Shown here piece after piece: positions 1 through 13,969 of a DNA stretch of 64,000 nt (positions are counted from its first letter, which is position 1; the number at the start of each line of letters is the position of its first letter). Under the pieces are notes generated by a model. The model was not told the DNA's origin and ran no database searches. It saw only the letters and a list, made by a program, of their open reading frames with translations. The DNA is from Octopus vulgaris (taxonomy: Eukaryota). The translations under genes were made by a program, and so were the position numbers. The DNA lies in the NCBI GenBank assembly GCA_951406725.2, contig OX597814.1:2108001-2172000 (forward strand). Reading direction: 5' to 3'.

Positions 1-612
1 TTCTACAATGCTCTTCCATCTGTCTGGTAGACTTGCAAGGCCCCTCTTACAAAATTCTTGTCCGTGACGAAAAATACTCCTCCGGTACTGTTCTGACCTC
101 GTCTACAGAATTCATATTTTTTCGTCCAAATGTGTAATATTTCATAATCAGACGGGAAAATGTTCGGCGAATATGGTGGATGGGGCATCGTCTTCCATTC
201 GAACTTCTCCATCCTTTGGAATGTCATCTTTACTGCATATGGCCGAGCATGATCTTCATGGAAGAACACCTATTGTCTTGAAACCAAAGATGGTCGTTTT
301 TTATCTAGCACTGACTTAAGCCGCTCAAGCTGCTTGCAGTAGATCTCCTTTGTTATCGTTTGGTTTGGGTTTAAAAGTTCAAAGTAGACTAAACCTTTCA
401 TATCCCACTAAACAGATAACAACACCTTTGTCACTTCCATTATAGCTTTGAAAAATAACTGTTAAAATCGAACTGCACTCTTCAAAACTCGGACTAAGAA
501 TAAATAAAAACAACGTAAAATTACTATCTGCTTTTGTAGCAAGTTAATGCAGGGGGTTTATCTCGTCCCCCTCCGGTATTTTAGTTCATGCAATTGTAAA
601 ACACCGCATCAT
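1..612 (-). mobile_element. Internally deleted mariner (D,D34D-type) transposon relic
   Basis: ORF 3..269 has FHEDHARPY (second Asp region) and PHPPYSPNIFPSDY (YSPDLAPSD motif). Upstream on minus, KVLLSV*WDMKG follows directly after an MEVT start near 440. Confidence 0.85.
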
Positions 613-1263
613 TTATCCGGGACGTCCTAGTCCCAGATAAAAAAGGTAAACATAAAATATTTCCACTTTGCAAGGTTCGGTTCGAGTACTCCCTTGCACA
701 CTCCGTTGACTCGAACCTTGCTTCTATTGTGGCGAATTTACCGTCTCTGGTTAGATACTTGATATCTTTCATAGTCGCATCAAGACACTTTTCAATGGTG
801 CATTCCTCCAGGTGTTCAAATCGTTTTTTCCCTCTATATTGTATACTTTATAGGCAATAGTCTTTTCTTTAATTTAATTTGGTGGTGTTATCCTAGATTC
901 ACCGTCTTTGTCGGTGATCAATCCGAAATAGGTTTGTATTTCTTCCATTTTAATTTTAATGAGTTCGCCGCCCGCCGACGGCTGCAGCGTAATTCATTTT
1001 TGAACTTTCTACTATCGAAGACATTTTAACAAAAGTGCTTCCGTGTAAACGGTGAAAATATTGTCAAGTTCCCCAAACAGGGACACAATTCAATTTTTAA
1101 ACAATAACCAAAGCGCCTTCTCCCAAAGGGGTGGGTGGGTTTACGGTTTACAATTATTTAACAAATGCAACACAACAATGTTTCCCTTACGAGGAACCAA
1201 CAAACGTGATAACAATAGTTAAACAGAAATAATAATAACAACAAACCTTACGGTAAACCAAAA
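612..1263 (-). mobile_element. 5' portion (5'UTR plus decayed ORF1) of an older Tx1-like LINE related to the element at 1331-6603
   Basis: ORF 581..772 (KFATIEARFESTECAREYSNRTLQSGNILCLP) aligns by eye with ORF1 (RSATVEAHFDTAEVAKEVSSLTLKNDDIMLLP). NYAAAVGG near 970-995 matches SFSAAVGG. Confidence 0.8.
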
Positions 1264-1565
1264 AGCAGTACTCTGTTGAAGCTATAGGCCTTTATGGATC
1301 AGAAGTAAATCAACAGCGGTACTCAGTAGATATTTCTTTATTAAGATTATGAAAATCGATACACAGAAGGACAAATACAGGACATACATACAAAAACATT
1401 TAAGAGATTCGATTAAAAATTATGTTTCAATTCGTTATAAAATATTAACCTTTGCATAACTAGTATAGCAAACAACAGTAGGTGAACTTGTAGTCTCACT
1501 GGAGCTTTTACACCCCGGCAATTTATGAGGCCCTGCAGCTTCCACTTCCTCTCTCTCCTCCATGG

Positions 1566-4500
1566 TCAAGCTGGGTTTCTCACACCCACCTTTCTTTCCA
1601 CTTCCTTCCATCTTTTCTCATACACACCCCGCGGCAAGGCCCTCTTCTCCAGCCCCATTTTGCTCTTCAGATGATATCTGAAGTAGGTGAGCAAGCTGGG
1701 GCCGGAGACAAAGGACCCTATCGCGGCTCCTTCCATTCTCGTTCTCCACATGCATTCCTTTACCACTGCAACCGTGCAGTGAAAACATGCCTCACCTTCC
1801 TTCGAGAGTCCAGTTGGCGGTATCATCTTAATCATAGACTCAGCCGACAGCTGTACTCGTCCCAGATGCGATAACACGTGTTCTGCGTAACTTATCAAGT
1901 CGGACAACTTCCGACAGTGAACAAAAGCGTGCTGGACGGTTTCATCGTCCAACCCGCACCTTGGACACGTCGGTGGCACTTGAACTCCGTGCCGCGATAA
2001 CTTCTCGCGAACAGGTAAAGCATTCCTGTAGCACTGCCAGGCCAGGGATCTTTGGAAATTATCCAAATACCCCGACCTGAAAGTTTTTTTAAACAGGTTG
2101 GCAAGCTGGTCTTCATCAAACCCCAGAGCCCCTCCTAGGACGTCGTCATTTTTTGCTTCCACCAGCCCTCTATAAAATACCGAGGTGGTATTTCCGCAGC
2201 CGGCCTTGCCCGTCCTGTGGATCAGCGTGAGTGCCTGTCGGCACTCCTTTTGCCATGGAGTCAGTTTCCATCTTTTGATGTAACCGGGTTTAAAATTCAC
2301 TAAGGAGGCCGGTCTCGGGAAAAAACCCTCTGCCAGCGGACTCCACACCTTATCACCCTCCAGGTGGTGCCAGAGGTGCCTTAGCCTCAACGCATGTCTG
2401 CGCATCATCAACCAAGGCATCCCTAACCCACCCTTTAACGGTTCTTGGCAGCAAACGGAGCGTCTCACAAGTGGCTTTCCTCCTTTCCACAAAAAGCGGA
2501 AAAGGATTCGTTCCAACTTGTTAAGCCATGAATCGGGGCAAGGGACGACGGTCAGGCGGTAGGTGATTACAGATGCAATGAACATCTGTACCACCTCCGC
2601 CTTTCCTTTCAAGGACAGAGACCTTCCGGACCAGGTCCGTACTATGGCCTCCACCTTGCTCGTCACCTCACTCCAGTTCTTCTCCGTTTGGGAGTCTGGT
2701 CCAAACCAAACTCCCAGCAACTTAACAGGGCCATCCGTCCAGTGTCCCACGACACTGGACGATATCGGCTTGCTCCTCCAGGTGCCGAGGCGCAAGCCAA
2801 CCGATTTGTCCTTGTTAACCCTTGCTCCTGCCACCGCCTCGTATCCTCTGATAGCCTCCTCTACACAAGGTAGTTGGGCCTCTTTGGACACGATGAGGGT
2901 GACGTCATCCGCGTAAGCAGTAACCGTCCTCCCACCTCCGATTTCATCCGAGTTACTCCCCAGCCTCTCCAACTTTCGCAGCAGTGGCTCAAGAGCCAAT
3001 ACGTACAAAAGTGGTGACAAGGGGCACCCCTGACGCACTGAACACTTGATCGAAAACGGTTCCGTTAGGTAACCGTTTATCTGGACGGTGGACTTGATGC
3101 CGCTATACATAGCGGAGATCCACCCGCGAAATTCAGGGCCCAGCCCAGTCGCTTCGAGGACCGTCGCCAGGTACCCATGGTCTACCCTATCGAAGGCTTT
3201 ACTTTGGTCTAAATGGACCATTACCCCACCTTTGCCGGCTAATTTACCCACCCTATCTAAGGTGTAGCGTATAAGGTGAAGATTGTCCTGGATCGACCTG
3301 CCTGGAATTGCACATGTCTGTGCTCTCCCTACAAGTTTCTCCACGACAACCGTCAACCTTTTTGCTAACACCTTGGCCAGAATCTTTAACTCTACATTAA
3401 GTAGAGTTATGGGCCTGTAGTTACTAATATTATCCCCCTTGCTCGGGTCTTTCTGGATTAGCGTCACCACTCCCCGGCTTACAGAACTGGGGATTCTCCC
3501 ATTCTGCTGCCAGTTCGTGTAGACGCCTGCCAGTATTCCCCGAACAAGTCCGGCATACTTTGGTAAAACTCATAGGGCAGACCATCCAACCCCGGCGACT
3601 TCTCCCCGGCGCATCCGGCCAGTATCTCCTTTATCTCCGCGGGAGTGATCGCTCCCTCACAGCACTCCACTTCACGCCCCGCGAGCCGCGGTCCGCCGGC
3701 CAGGAAGTCCTTTAAGGCCCTCCCCGATCCAGCGAACCACCACCCCCGAACACGCGAGCGAAATGCTGGTGAAGAAACTTTTGCATCTCCTCCTGTCCAT
3801 AGATCTTTTGTCCCTGTTCGTCAGTCAAAGATTTAATTGAGGCTCTATTGCCTCTCTTACTCTCCACACGACGGGCCCATCCGGCCACGTTAATACCTTC
3901 TCGTTTCCCAGCACGCAGCTTAGCTCTGACTCTGCAACCTTCGTACTTGGAGTTAAGGTGACGGTACAATACCGTCCTTGCCGCCAACACTCCGGATGCA
4001 GAGCCAGCTTCCATTGCCTCGTCTAGATTCTTGACTAAATCGCCCTCTAGACTAGCCCTATCTATCCTTAGCTGATTGCTAAATCTGACGGACTCTAAAC
4101 GAATGGCTCTTTTGAGGGCGTGCCACCATCTATTGTTAATGATGGTGCCACACAATGCCCTCTGAACTAACACCTTAATCCGGGTACGGAAGTCTTCACA
4201 ATTCAAAATAGCCTTGTTCAGCTTCCAGTACCCGGGTCCCTGTCTATGACACTTGTCTAATTGCACCTCACACGTCACAAATTTGTGATCCGAGTAAGGT
4301 ACAATATGAAATTGTGGACAACTAAACGTATCCTTATCTCTTTTCTTAATAAATATCCTATCTAGATACGATCTGTGTGAGCCGTCGTTGTTACTCCACG
4401 TCCACTGTGGAACGCTCGGCTCATCCAGTCGGTAACGGTCCACTAGATCAAAGCTCTCTAGTAGACCCTTGAGGCTAGGGTTCCCCTTCCTATTGGTTGA

Positions 4501-4953
4501 GCCAACACTGTCGATGTGCGCTTCAAGGACAGTGTTAAAGTCCCCTACTAGGATTACTGTTTTCGACGTCGCTAAAAAGGGCTCCAGGTTCCGGAAAAAA
4601 CCCGTCTGTCTACCCTCGTTCGGGGCGTAGACAGCTACCAACCTGAAGGACTGTTTACTTACGTGAGTCACATCCAGGACAACCAGCCTGCCTTCTGGGT
4701 CCAGAAAGACAGTACTTACCTGCAAGTCCAAGCTCTTCCTGATGAAGACTGCCACGCCTCTGCCTCTTCCTCGGCTAGGAGAAATAAATTTCTCGAAACC
4801 ATTTAGAAGAGGCGAGAACGCTTGGGTCTCGCTCATCTTGGACTCGGTTGCAATAGCAATATCTACACTGTGTGTCGTGAGGTCGTTCAGGAAACAAATT
4901 TGTTTCCGTTTCGACCCCATTCCACGTACATTTATACAACCCAGCTTAGCCAT
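1566..4953 (-). pseudogene. LINE ORF2 (APE endonuclease, reverse transcriptase, C-terminal Cys domain) split by two frameshifts near 3720 and 3530
   Basis: EN motifs INVRG, GDFN, YLDRIF, YSDH in 3712..4953. KSPGLDGLPYEFY in 3479..3670. RT motifs NYRPITLLN, DQSKAFDRV, VRQGCPLSP, YADD and CPRC...HAFVHC in 1566..3470. Confidence 0.93.
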
Positions 4954-4981
4954 TGTGGGTGAGAGAGAAGGATAAGTGTAC

Positions 4982-6451
4982 TCACGGTTGGGAAAGGGAG
5001 CATGACAGTTTGGATCTGCCTGCTTCCCCTTCTTCCTCCCTTGTAGTTGCTGCTGCAGGGTTCTTGACCGGCGTTGCCACTGGGCTCTGGGTGGGTGTGG
5101 TTGCCGGGGTTATTGTCAGTTTGCCCTCCATTACCTCCTTGGTCACATCTCTTATTAGACGGTTCCTCAGGTGTTCCTGAAGAACCTCCTCCTTCCACTC
5201 GTTCTCCCCTACCTTCGCGAAGCGAGCGGTTGCTTTCCCATCTGAGGTTCTACTATACAGTATAAATCTCGAAAGTTTGCAACATTTGTAAACTTTCTCA
5301 TTTTTTTCATCGAAAGCTATTATTCTTTCGTTTTTCAGTAAGCACTTTTTTATGTCTTGTTTTATGGGGAGGGGCTTGGCAAACTGTTTTCCAATGAAAA
5401 CAGTGCCATGGGGGTAGGGTTGGGGGATTTGCTTGATGTGTGTGTCTGCTGTGTTTGCTGTTTTTTTCCTTGTTTGGGGAGGGGAGTCCTGGGTATTCTC
5501 TTTTTTTCTTTTATGAGTGACTTGTGTGTAGTCCATTAGTTCTGTTTGGTCTGTTTTTGATTCCGTACTTGTCTTCGTCATTTTGTTGTTTTTGCTTGTT
5601 TCCTCCCCTTCAGTGATAGGGGCACTTGGAGGAGGCGTTTCTTCTGTTCTTTTTTTCTTAATACAGTTGGATCGGACGTGACCCTTCTCTCCACACTTGA
5701 AGCATCTGGGTCTACGTCCCTCTACCGCAACTCTCATGGACGTACCGTCCTCATTGAAGATTCTGTCAGGCAGGCTCTCCAAGATCTTGTTCTCTGCCTG
5801 TACGAGGAGTTCCAGAGTCTGACCCTTCCACCGTACCACCTCCTTCCTTCTCATCTGCAGTACTGTTATCTCTCTTTCAATGTTGTGCAGGACCGCCGCT
5901 GCCACCCACATGATGTCGTACCCTCTGGGTATGTCTTCTACCACTAACTTTGCAGTTCGCTTCCCCATATACGAGGGTAGCAGCATGATGTCGTCGTTTT
6001 TTAGGGTCAACGACGACACCTCTTTCGCCACCTCTGCCGTGTCAAAGTGCGCCTCGACCGTAGCACTGCGTGCACCTCTCACAACATGACGAATTCTGTC
6101 CCACACCGGGGACAGGCACTTCTCGACAATTTCATTTTTAACGTCCATGATCTTTTTTTCTTTAAAGTTGTACACTTTATAAATTACAATCCTTTCCTTG
6201 ATCTCTTGCACTTTCGCTTGCGGCGGTACAAGCCTTATCTCTCCTCCTTCTACTTTTACTAGGTTCCTGTATTCGTATAGCTGTTCGATTTTAAATTCGA
6301 CTTCCAACATGGCGCCGCCCACCGCGGCCGAGAATGACTGTTTAGGTACTTGTTTTTCCATGGTTTCACTTTTTCCCATCACGGGAAAATCGTCTTTCGA
6401 CGTCAAGTCGAACTCCATCACCTCGAAGGTAACAAAATCCAAGTAATACAA
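4982..6451 (-). CDS. LINE ORF1 nucleic-acid-binding protein with CCHC zinc knuckle
   Basis: 489-aa open frame with CFKCGEKGHVRSNC (CX2CX4HX4C), located directly upstream of ORF2. Confidence 0.88.
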   Translation of the reverse strand: MYYLDFVTFEVMEFDLTSKDDFPVMGKSETMEKQVPKQSFSAAVGGAMLEVEFKIEQLYEYRNLVKVEGGEIRLVPPQAKVQEIKERIVIYKVYNFKEKKIMDVKNEIVEKCLSPVWDRIRHVVRGARSATVEAHFDTAEVAKEVSSLTLKNDDIMLLPSYMGKRTAKLVVEDIPRGYDIMWVAAAVLHNIEREITVLQMRRKEVVRWKGQTLELLVQAENKILESLPDRIFNEDGTSMRVAVEGRRPRCFKCGEKGHVRSNCIKKKRTEETPPPSAPITEGEETSKNNKMTKTSTESKTDQTELMDYTQVTHKRKKENTQDSPPQTRKKTANTADTHIKQIPQPYPHGTVFIGKQFAKPLPIKQDIKKCLLKNERIIAFDEKNEKVYKCCKLSRFILYSRTSDGKATARFAKVGENEWKEEVLQEHLRNRLIRDVTKEVMEGKLTITPATTPTQSPVATPVKNPAAATTREEEGEAGRSKLSCSLSQP

Positions 6452-6699
6452 AATTTTCTGCCCCGTAGGGCGAAAATTACCGTTTTACAACGGGCACTGT
6501 TCAAAATAGTTGGCACAAACAATAATATCACGACTTCGAACTCTCTTAAATGGAGGCAGCAATTTTCTCACAACGCAAACAGAAAAATAACGCAATTAAC
6601 AGAAGCGGTACTCAGTAGAAGCATCTTTCGAGAAAACAGACATTACATACAGCCAAACTTCATAAGATACTTAATGCTAGCTAATTAGCAAATAATCTA

Positions 6700-7162
6700 A
6701 TGTAAAAACCGTGCACACCTCCATCTGGACTATTCCATTTCTGCACTTAAATTTTATTTTTTATTTATTCCCATTCATGTGAAACCACTGATTCAAGTTC
6801 AAGTCATTGATGCAATTTTATACCAATTGCTATTTCTGCTTTTGTTATGTTACGATAATATTATACTTTAGTTTGATTTTAATTATTACTTACTACATAT
6901 AATTCAATTGTTATTATTATTTTTATTGTTAAAGTGAAAGCATCTGATATAAAATAGAGAAATGTTTTTGTTTCACTTTTAACACGTAATACTGAAATAA
7001 TGGAGAAGATATGATATTGCTATGGGCTCGCTCTAGGTAAGAAGTTGAACATTTTTTTGCCCATGAAACTACATGGACCCTAAGTAAGGCATGTGTAAAA
7101 TTTGAATGAAATTAGTTGTGTAGTTCTCAAGTTTTAGGGAAACACACAGACAGACACACATT
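6700..7162 (+). mobile_element. Possible non-autonomous Helentron/DINE-1-like relic (3' part)
   Basis: Ends with gtgtaaaatttgaatgaaattagttgtgtagttctc...acacacagacagacacaca, the style typical of HINE/DINE-1 3' ends. Resemblance only. Confidence 0.35.
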
Positions 7163-7187
7163 CTCTTCAACGCTGGGAGATAAGTGT

Positions 7188-8730
<1,543 letters not shown>

Positions 8731-8843
8731 GGTACTGTCAGCCTTAACTTACGACGCCAAACATTAAATATGGTAATAAAATATATTTTAACTATTCTCA
8801 GAGCATTTTCAACTTCTATTTTTCATATATATATATATATATA

Positions 8844-9196
8844 TGTTATTTAGAGATAGAAGTCCCCATGCAAAACATCAACTCTTAATATACATCACAC
8901 CATATAAAAGAATTTTATTTTAATACTTACTAATCATTACTAAATTTCTCTGCTACACGTGTTTCTTGAGGTTCTTTTACAGTTCCTTAAACACGAAGTA
9001 TTTTACAGGAACATTTCTTAAACGCAACCCCAATCGTCAGGTCTCTAAATAACTTTATTATAATTCAATACCACGAAACACGTGTAGCAGAGAAATTTAG
9101 AAATGATTAGTAAGCATTAAAATAAAATTCTATTATATGGTGTAATGTATATTAGGATTTGATGTTTTGCAAGGGGACTTCCATCTCTAAATAACA
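8844..9196 (-). repeat. (TA)n-flanked fold-back element with HHR-like motif
   Basis: Inverted arms 8844-8965 and 9075-9196. Minus strand reads CTGACGA ttggggtt...aacctcaa GAAAC ACGT GTA. Helix I is poorly supported. Confidence 0.7.
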
Positions 9197-9259
9197 CACA
9201 CACATATATATATACATATATATATACATACATATATATATACATATATATATACATAC

Positions 9260-9343
<84 letters not shown>

Positions 9344-9468
9344 TCGGATTTGACGAATTGCATGGGAACTTCTATATCTAAATAATATATATTTCCTTAT
9401 CGAGAATAATTCATTTTATTTGAATCCCTGTGATGCCGGAATTTTTATTCCCTAAAATAAATAAAATA

Positions 9469-9573
<105 letters not shown>

Positions 9574-9689
9574 CTTTTTAATTAGAGATCAGCGTTGAAT
9601 AAAATATAATTATGGTGAGTCATATTTAACTTGATTGTGTATATTCGGGCTTCGAAAGTTGTCGAGAAAAGAAATTCACATTTGAAACA

Positions 9690-10045
9690 GTAAAGATCGA
9701 AGGACTTCAATGGGCGACGTTGCCCAAGAATGAATGTGTGGCAGTCTTTATAATCACACAATGCGTATCAGGTGACCTCCAAACTCGTTAGATTTAAATC
9801 CCATGGACTTCTACGTTTGGACCTTTGTTGGAAACGAGACTAATCAACGTTCTCACAAACATATCTTCACTGAAGGCTGTCATTGCCCGGGTGAAATCAG
9901 AAGCGAATAAAGACCATTTAGTGTAGATATGTCAGCGACTCCGGTTCTTGAATCTGAAAACATATTCATAAAATAAATTTATAAAACCTTATCGAGAAAC
10001 TTGTGAGCAAATTTATATTAAAATACATTTGGTCTTTACTTAATT
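9690..10045 (+). mobile_element. Tc1/mariner transposase 3' relic
   Basis: *PPNSLDLNPMDFYVW motif at about 9773-9820. Confidence 0.65.
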
Positions 10046-10141
10046 AGACTTATATTATTAAATTGCCAATTATGTCCTCAAATAGCTCTTGCACACCGTA
10101 TACATACATACATACATACATATATTCATACATACATACAT

Positions 10142-10200
<59 letters not shown>

Positions 10201-10417
10201 CATATATATATATATCTTTCAATATATATGAACACCTATAAGTATACGGACTCAGTCTCACTCAACCACACACACGCATATATATACATATATATACATG
10301 CATATTTATATTTAAGCATATATGTTTATACAATGTTAAAAGATGATTAATAACAGACGCAACGAATTAAGTAAACAAGAAGAGATATAACTAAACACAC
10401 TGATGCGCATATATACT

Positions 10418-10486
<69 letters not shown>

Positions 10487-10871
10487 CCACATCCCCTAAA
10501 TCCCTATGTCAAACGGCCCAGTATAAATAGGAAATAAATACACTTCACATCTGGAGAGCTTTGCTAGCAGCAGCCTGTCAATATATCTATATCAAATGGT
10601 ATTAGCAGTGACTTTGCAATGGCAGCCAGACAGAGCCAGGGATATCAGAAAAAACGCACAGCCATAAGGTCGACGACTAATATCGCCGAACGCTGTTTAT
10701 TATTATGAGTACCAGACGTATCGGTATATCTGTGTATGTGCGTAACAGAGACTGAGGAGTGTTTTTATATATATATATATAACGGTGATACATCAGCATG
10801 GCTGCAGCTCTGAGCAGAAACTACAGAAAAAATATATGTGTTTGTCTGTATATATATATATATATATATAT

Positions 10872-11166
10872 CACCGTGACTGACCAGTCTATCAGGTGTT
10901 GCTACACATCGCTAGTCACAATGCGCTTCGCATTGTTTTAGCCTTCAAATGACACCACCCCGCCAGCTAAACGAGCAGGCCAACAGAAGAAAGAGTGAGA
11001 GAAATTTGTAGCGAAAGAGTACAGCAGAGATCGCCACCACCCCTTGCCGGAGCCTCATTGAGCTTTTTGGTGTTTTCGCGCAATAAACAACGCCCGGTCT
11101 GGAAATCGAAACCGCGATCCTACGACCGCGAGTCCGCTGCCCTAACTACTGGGCCATTGCACCCTC
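10872..11166 (-). mobile_element. tRNA-derived SINE (family C, Arg-like head)
   Basis: Minus-strand head gcaatggcccagtagttagggcagcggactcgcggtcgtaggatcgcggtttcgatttcc has A and B boxes. Related copies at about 49500-49675 and 63350-63532. Confidence 0.75.
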
Positions 11167-11167
11167 A

Positions 11168-11208
<41 letters not shown>

Positions 11209-11264
11209 GTATCTTTGTATGTATGTATATATCTATATGAATGTGTGTATATATATATATATAT

Positions 11265-11305
<41 letters not shown>

Positions 11306-12095
11306 TGCATGTGTATATGTGTGTTTGTTTTTGTATATATGTAGGTTAACCAACCCCAGCAAAACCGATATGAGAAACCCTAGCAAGCGTACCGACGATT
11401 CTATTAACCTCAAAAGTGTAAGAATTACGTGACAAGAGAGATTGAACTGCGGTGACCCGTTCGTGGCATGTTCCACTTCATTGAAAACAGAATGTCTTTA
11501 GAATCCACGTAATTCGATATTGCAATCTTTTAACCCTTCATCCATCGTTAAGTTATTTCTTTGACAGACCTGGATTTCGAGAAAGAATTTACTAGAATTA
11601 GTGAATTAGATATCATGAAGATAATTATTCAAGCCTAGGCACAGGGCTACAAATTCGGAGCAAGGGTTTAGTCGATCTAATCGTTCCCTTTTCTTTGTTA
11701 ATATTCAGTTTCATCGACTCCAGACGAAGGGAAGCACAAAACAAAACGGTTATTTGGGAGTTTTAAAGATTCTGTTTATCCATTAATCTCAGCTATAACA
11801 TATTTGTCGCGCTCGAATACATATAAACTTGGTTTCCATTAAACTTGTCAAGATTTGGAGGTTAAACTTCTCAAATAAGATTTCCATTAAACTTCTCAAA
11901 TAAGATTTGGTAAGGAACCTTGTTTCAGAGAAAACTTGTTATAGGTGACAATTAACACTCAAGAATTTAGACACAATAGTACGAAATTGCAGCGCTTTCG
12001 TATTATTCAATAAATAGATGGTAACTTACATAACCTTTTCAAATTACAGATGTTTCCAAGTGGTCTCCAAATATGGAATCATTTTAAGATTAAAT

Positions 12096-12155
12096 ATAGC
12101 TCGGCCGGAAGAGCATCAGACTTTTAATCTGAGGGTCGTGGGTTCAAGTCCCCAC
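12096..12155 (+). pseudogene. tRNA-Lys(UUU)-derived pseudogene fused to a SINE-type tail (to about 12215)
   Basis: atagctcggccggaagagcatcagaCTTTTAAtctgagggtcgtgggttcaagtcccca has an intact anticodon arm and T arm but no acceptor stem. It is followed by ggcggtgctcc...ctgaaac, as in family A SINE tails. Confidence 0.75.
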
Positions 12156-12250
12156 TGGCGGTGCTCCAACAAGGCTGGGGCTGGGGCTGAAACCTATAAA
12201 CCTATAAAAGAATAAAGGGATAATAGAATATATATATATATATATATAGA

Positions 12251-12738
12251 TAGATATAAGTTAGAGGTGTTAAGCCCTCTAAGGGATAGGAGTATCCAGA
12301 GGCACTCCTGGTAATTACCTCCATAACTATGGTTCTCAGTATAATGTATACGGCTGTAGGTAATTTAAAAAGGTAAGCCGTAGTTTAATGTATATATAGA
12401 CAATCAGAAAATGGAGGAAAAACAACGAAGAGGAGTCTATCTTTGGAACTAAAAAGTCATTATTTAATTAGTTAAGCAAGGTGCTTTCCCTCGTCAGGAG
12501 TCGATAAAACTGCTTAACTAATTAAATAATGGCTTTTTTGTTCCAAAGATATACTTCTCTTTGTTGTTTTTTCTCCGTTTTCTGATTGTTTATATATACA
12601 TGAAACTACGGCTTACCTTTTTAAGTTACCTACAGCCGTATACATTATACTGAGGACCATAGTTATGGAGGTAATTACCAGGAGTGCCTCTGGATACTCC
12701 TATCCCTTAGAGGGCTTAACATCTCTAACTTATATCTA
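12251..12738. repeat. (TA)n-flanked fold-back element with arms of about 228 bp
   Basis: Arms 12251-12478 and 12511-12738 show 12 differences by manual alignment. The 32-nt loop contains CTGACGA on the minus strand. Confidence 0.92.
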
Positions 12739-12983
12739 TATATAGTAACAAACTGAAGAAAAGAGTACCTTCAAACGGCTGTGTTAATCATCCAATTCAC
12801 TGGTACCTTCTGTTGGATAACATATAAATATGGGTATAATGCAATGAGAAAGATAAATTAAATAGAGAGATACTATTGACAATCCAATAATTTATCTATA
12901 TTATAATATTACATTAAATACTTTTAATCCGAGGGTCACGCTCATAATACATATATTATTAGATATTTAATTATATACATACA

Positions 12984-13026
<43 letters not shown>

Positions 13027-13565
13027 ATCCAAAAGAAGGAAAAATCCAGAGAAGGGAAGACAGAGGAAAGAAAATCGCCAACGGTACACACACACACATA
13101 TATATATATAGTACAAGGAGTAGGGAATCTGGACAGGTGCCTTATTAGCACTCTGATATAATCCAGATCTGGTTAACCACATCGAATGATAAGGAACCAA
13201 AGGAATTGCTTAAGATAAACAATTACACGGTATTTCACTTGATAGATAAACCCTGAGTTTGCTCCAATGGATTTCATACAACACACACCGTATAGAATGA
13301 AGACATCGGAAAGAAGAAGAAGAAGGGAGGATTACAAATCTTCAAAATTTGTTTATTACAGTATTTTTCTCATTAAATTCACATTAGGTCTAATGTGAAT
13401 TTAATGAGTTTAATACTGCAATAAACATGTTTTGAAAATGTATAATTCTCCATTCCTCTTTATGATTCATACAAACATACATACATAAATACACACACAC
13501 ACACACGCATATATATATATAAATATACATATATATATACATACATACACACACATATATATATG

Positions 13566-13605
<40 letters not shown>

Positions 13606-13679
13606 TATACACATACATACACACACATATATATAAATATACATATATATACACATAAATACACACACATATATATATG

Positions 13680-13741
<62 letters not shown>

Positions 13742-13842
13742 TATACACATACATACACACACATATATATATGTATATATATATATATTCATATACATAC
13801 AAATATACACATGTATATATACGTACATGTGCTACATATATT

Positions 13843-13883
<41 letters not shown>

Positions 13884-13920
13884 CTATCTACCTATTTATC
13901 TATCTATCTATATGTATATG

Positions 13921-13965
<45 letters not shown>

Positions 13966-13969
13966 ATGT

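Larger units (their letters stand above)
1331..6603 (-). mobile_element. Full-length Tx1/L1-group non-LTR retrotransposon with 16-bp TSD
   Basis: ORF1 plus ORF2 (APE-RT). AATAAA lies at the 3' end (plus strand tttatt near 1337-1342). The identical 16-mer AGCGGTACTCAGTAGA flanks it at 1315-1330 and 6604-6619. Confidence 0.93.

Noticed and set aside
12595-12670. Type II HHR from GAAAC (12602) and CTGAGGA (12650)
   Set aside because: Helix I and helix II cannot be paired.
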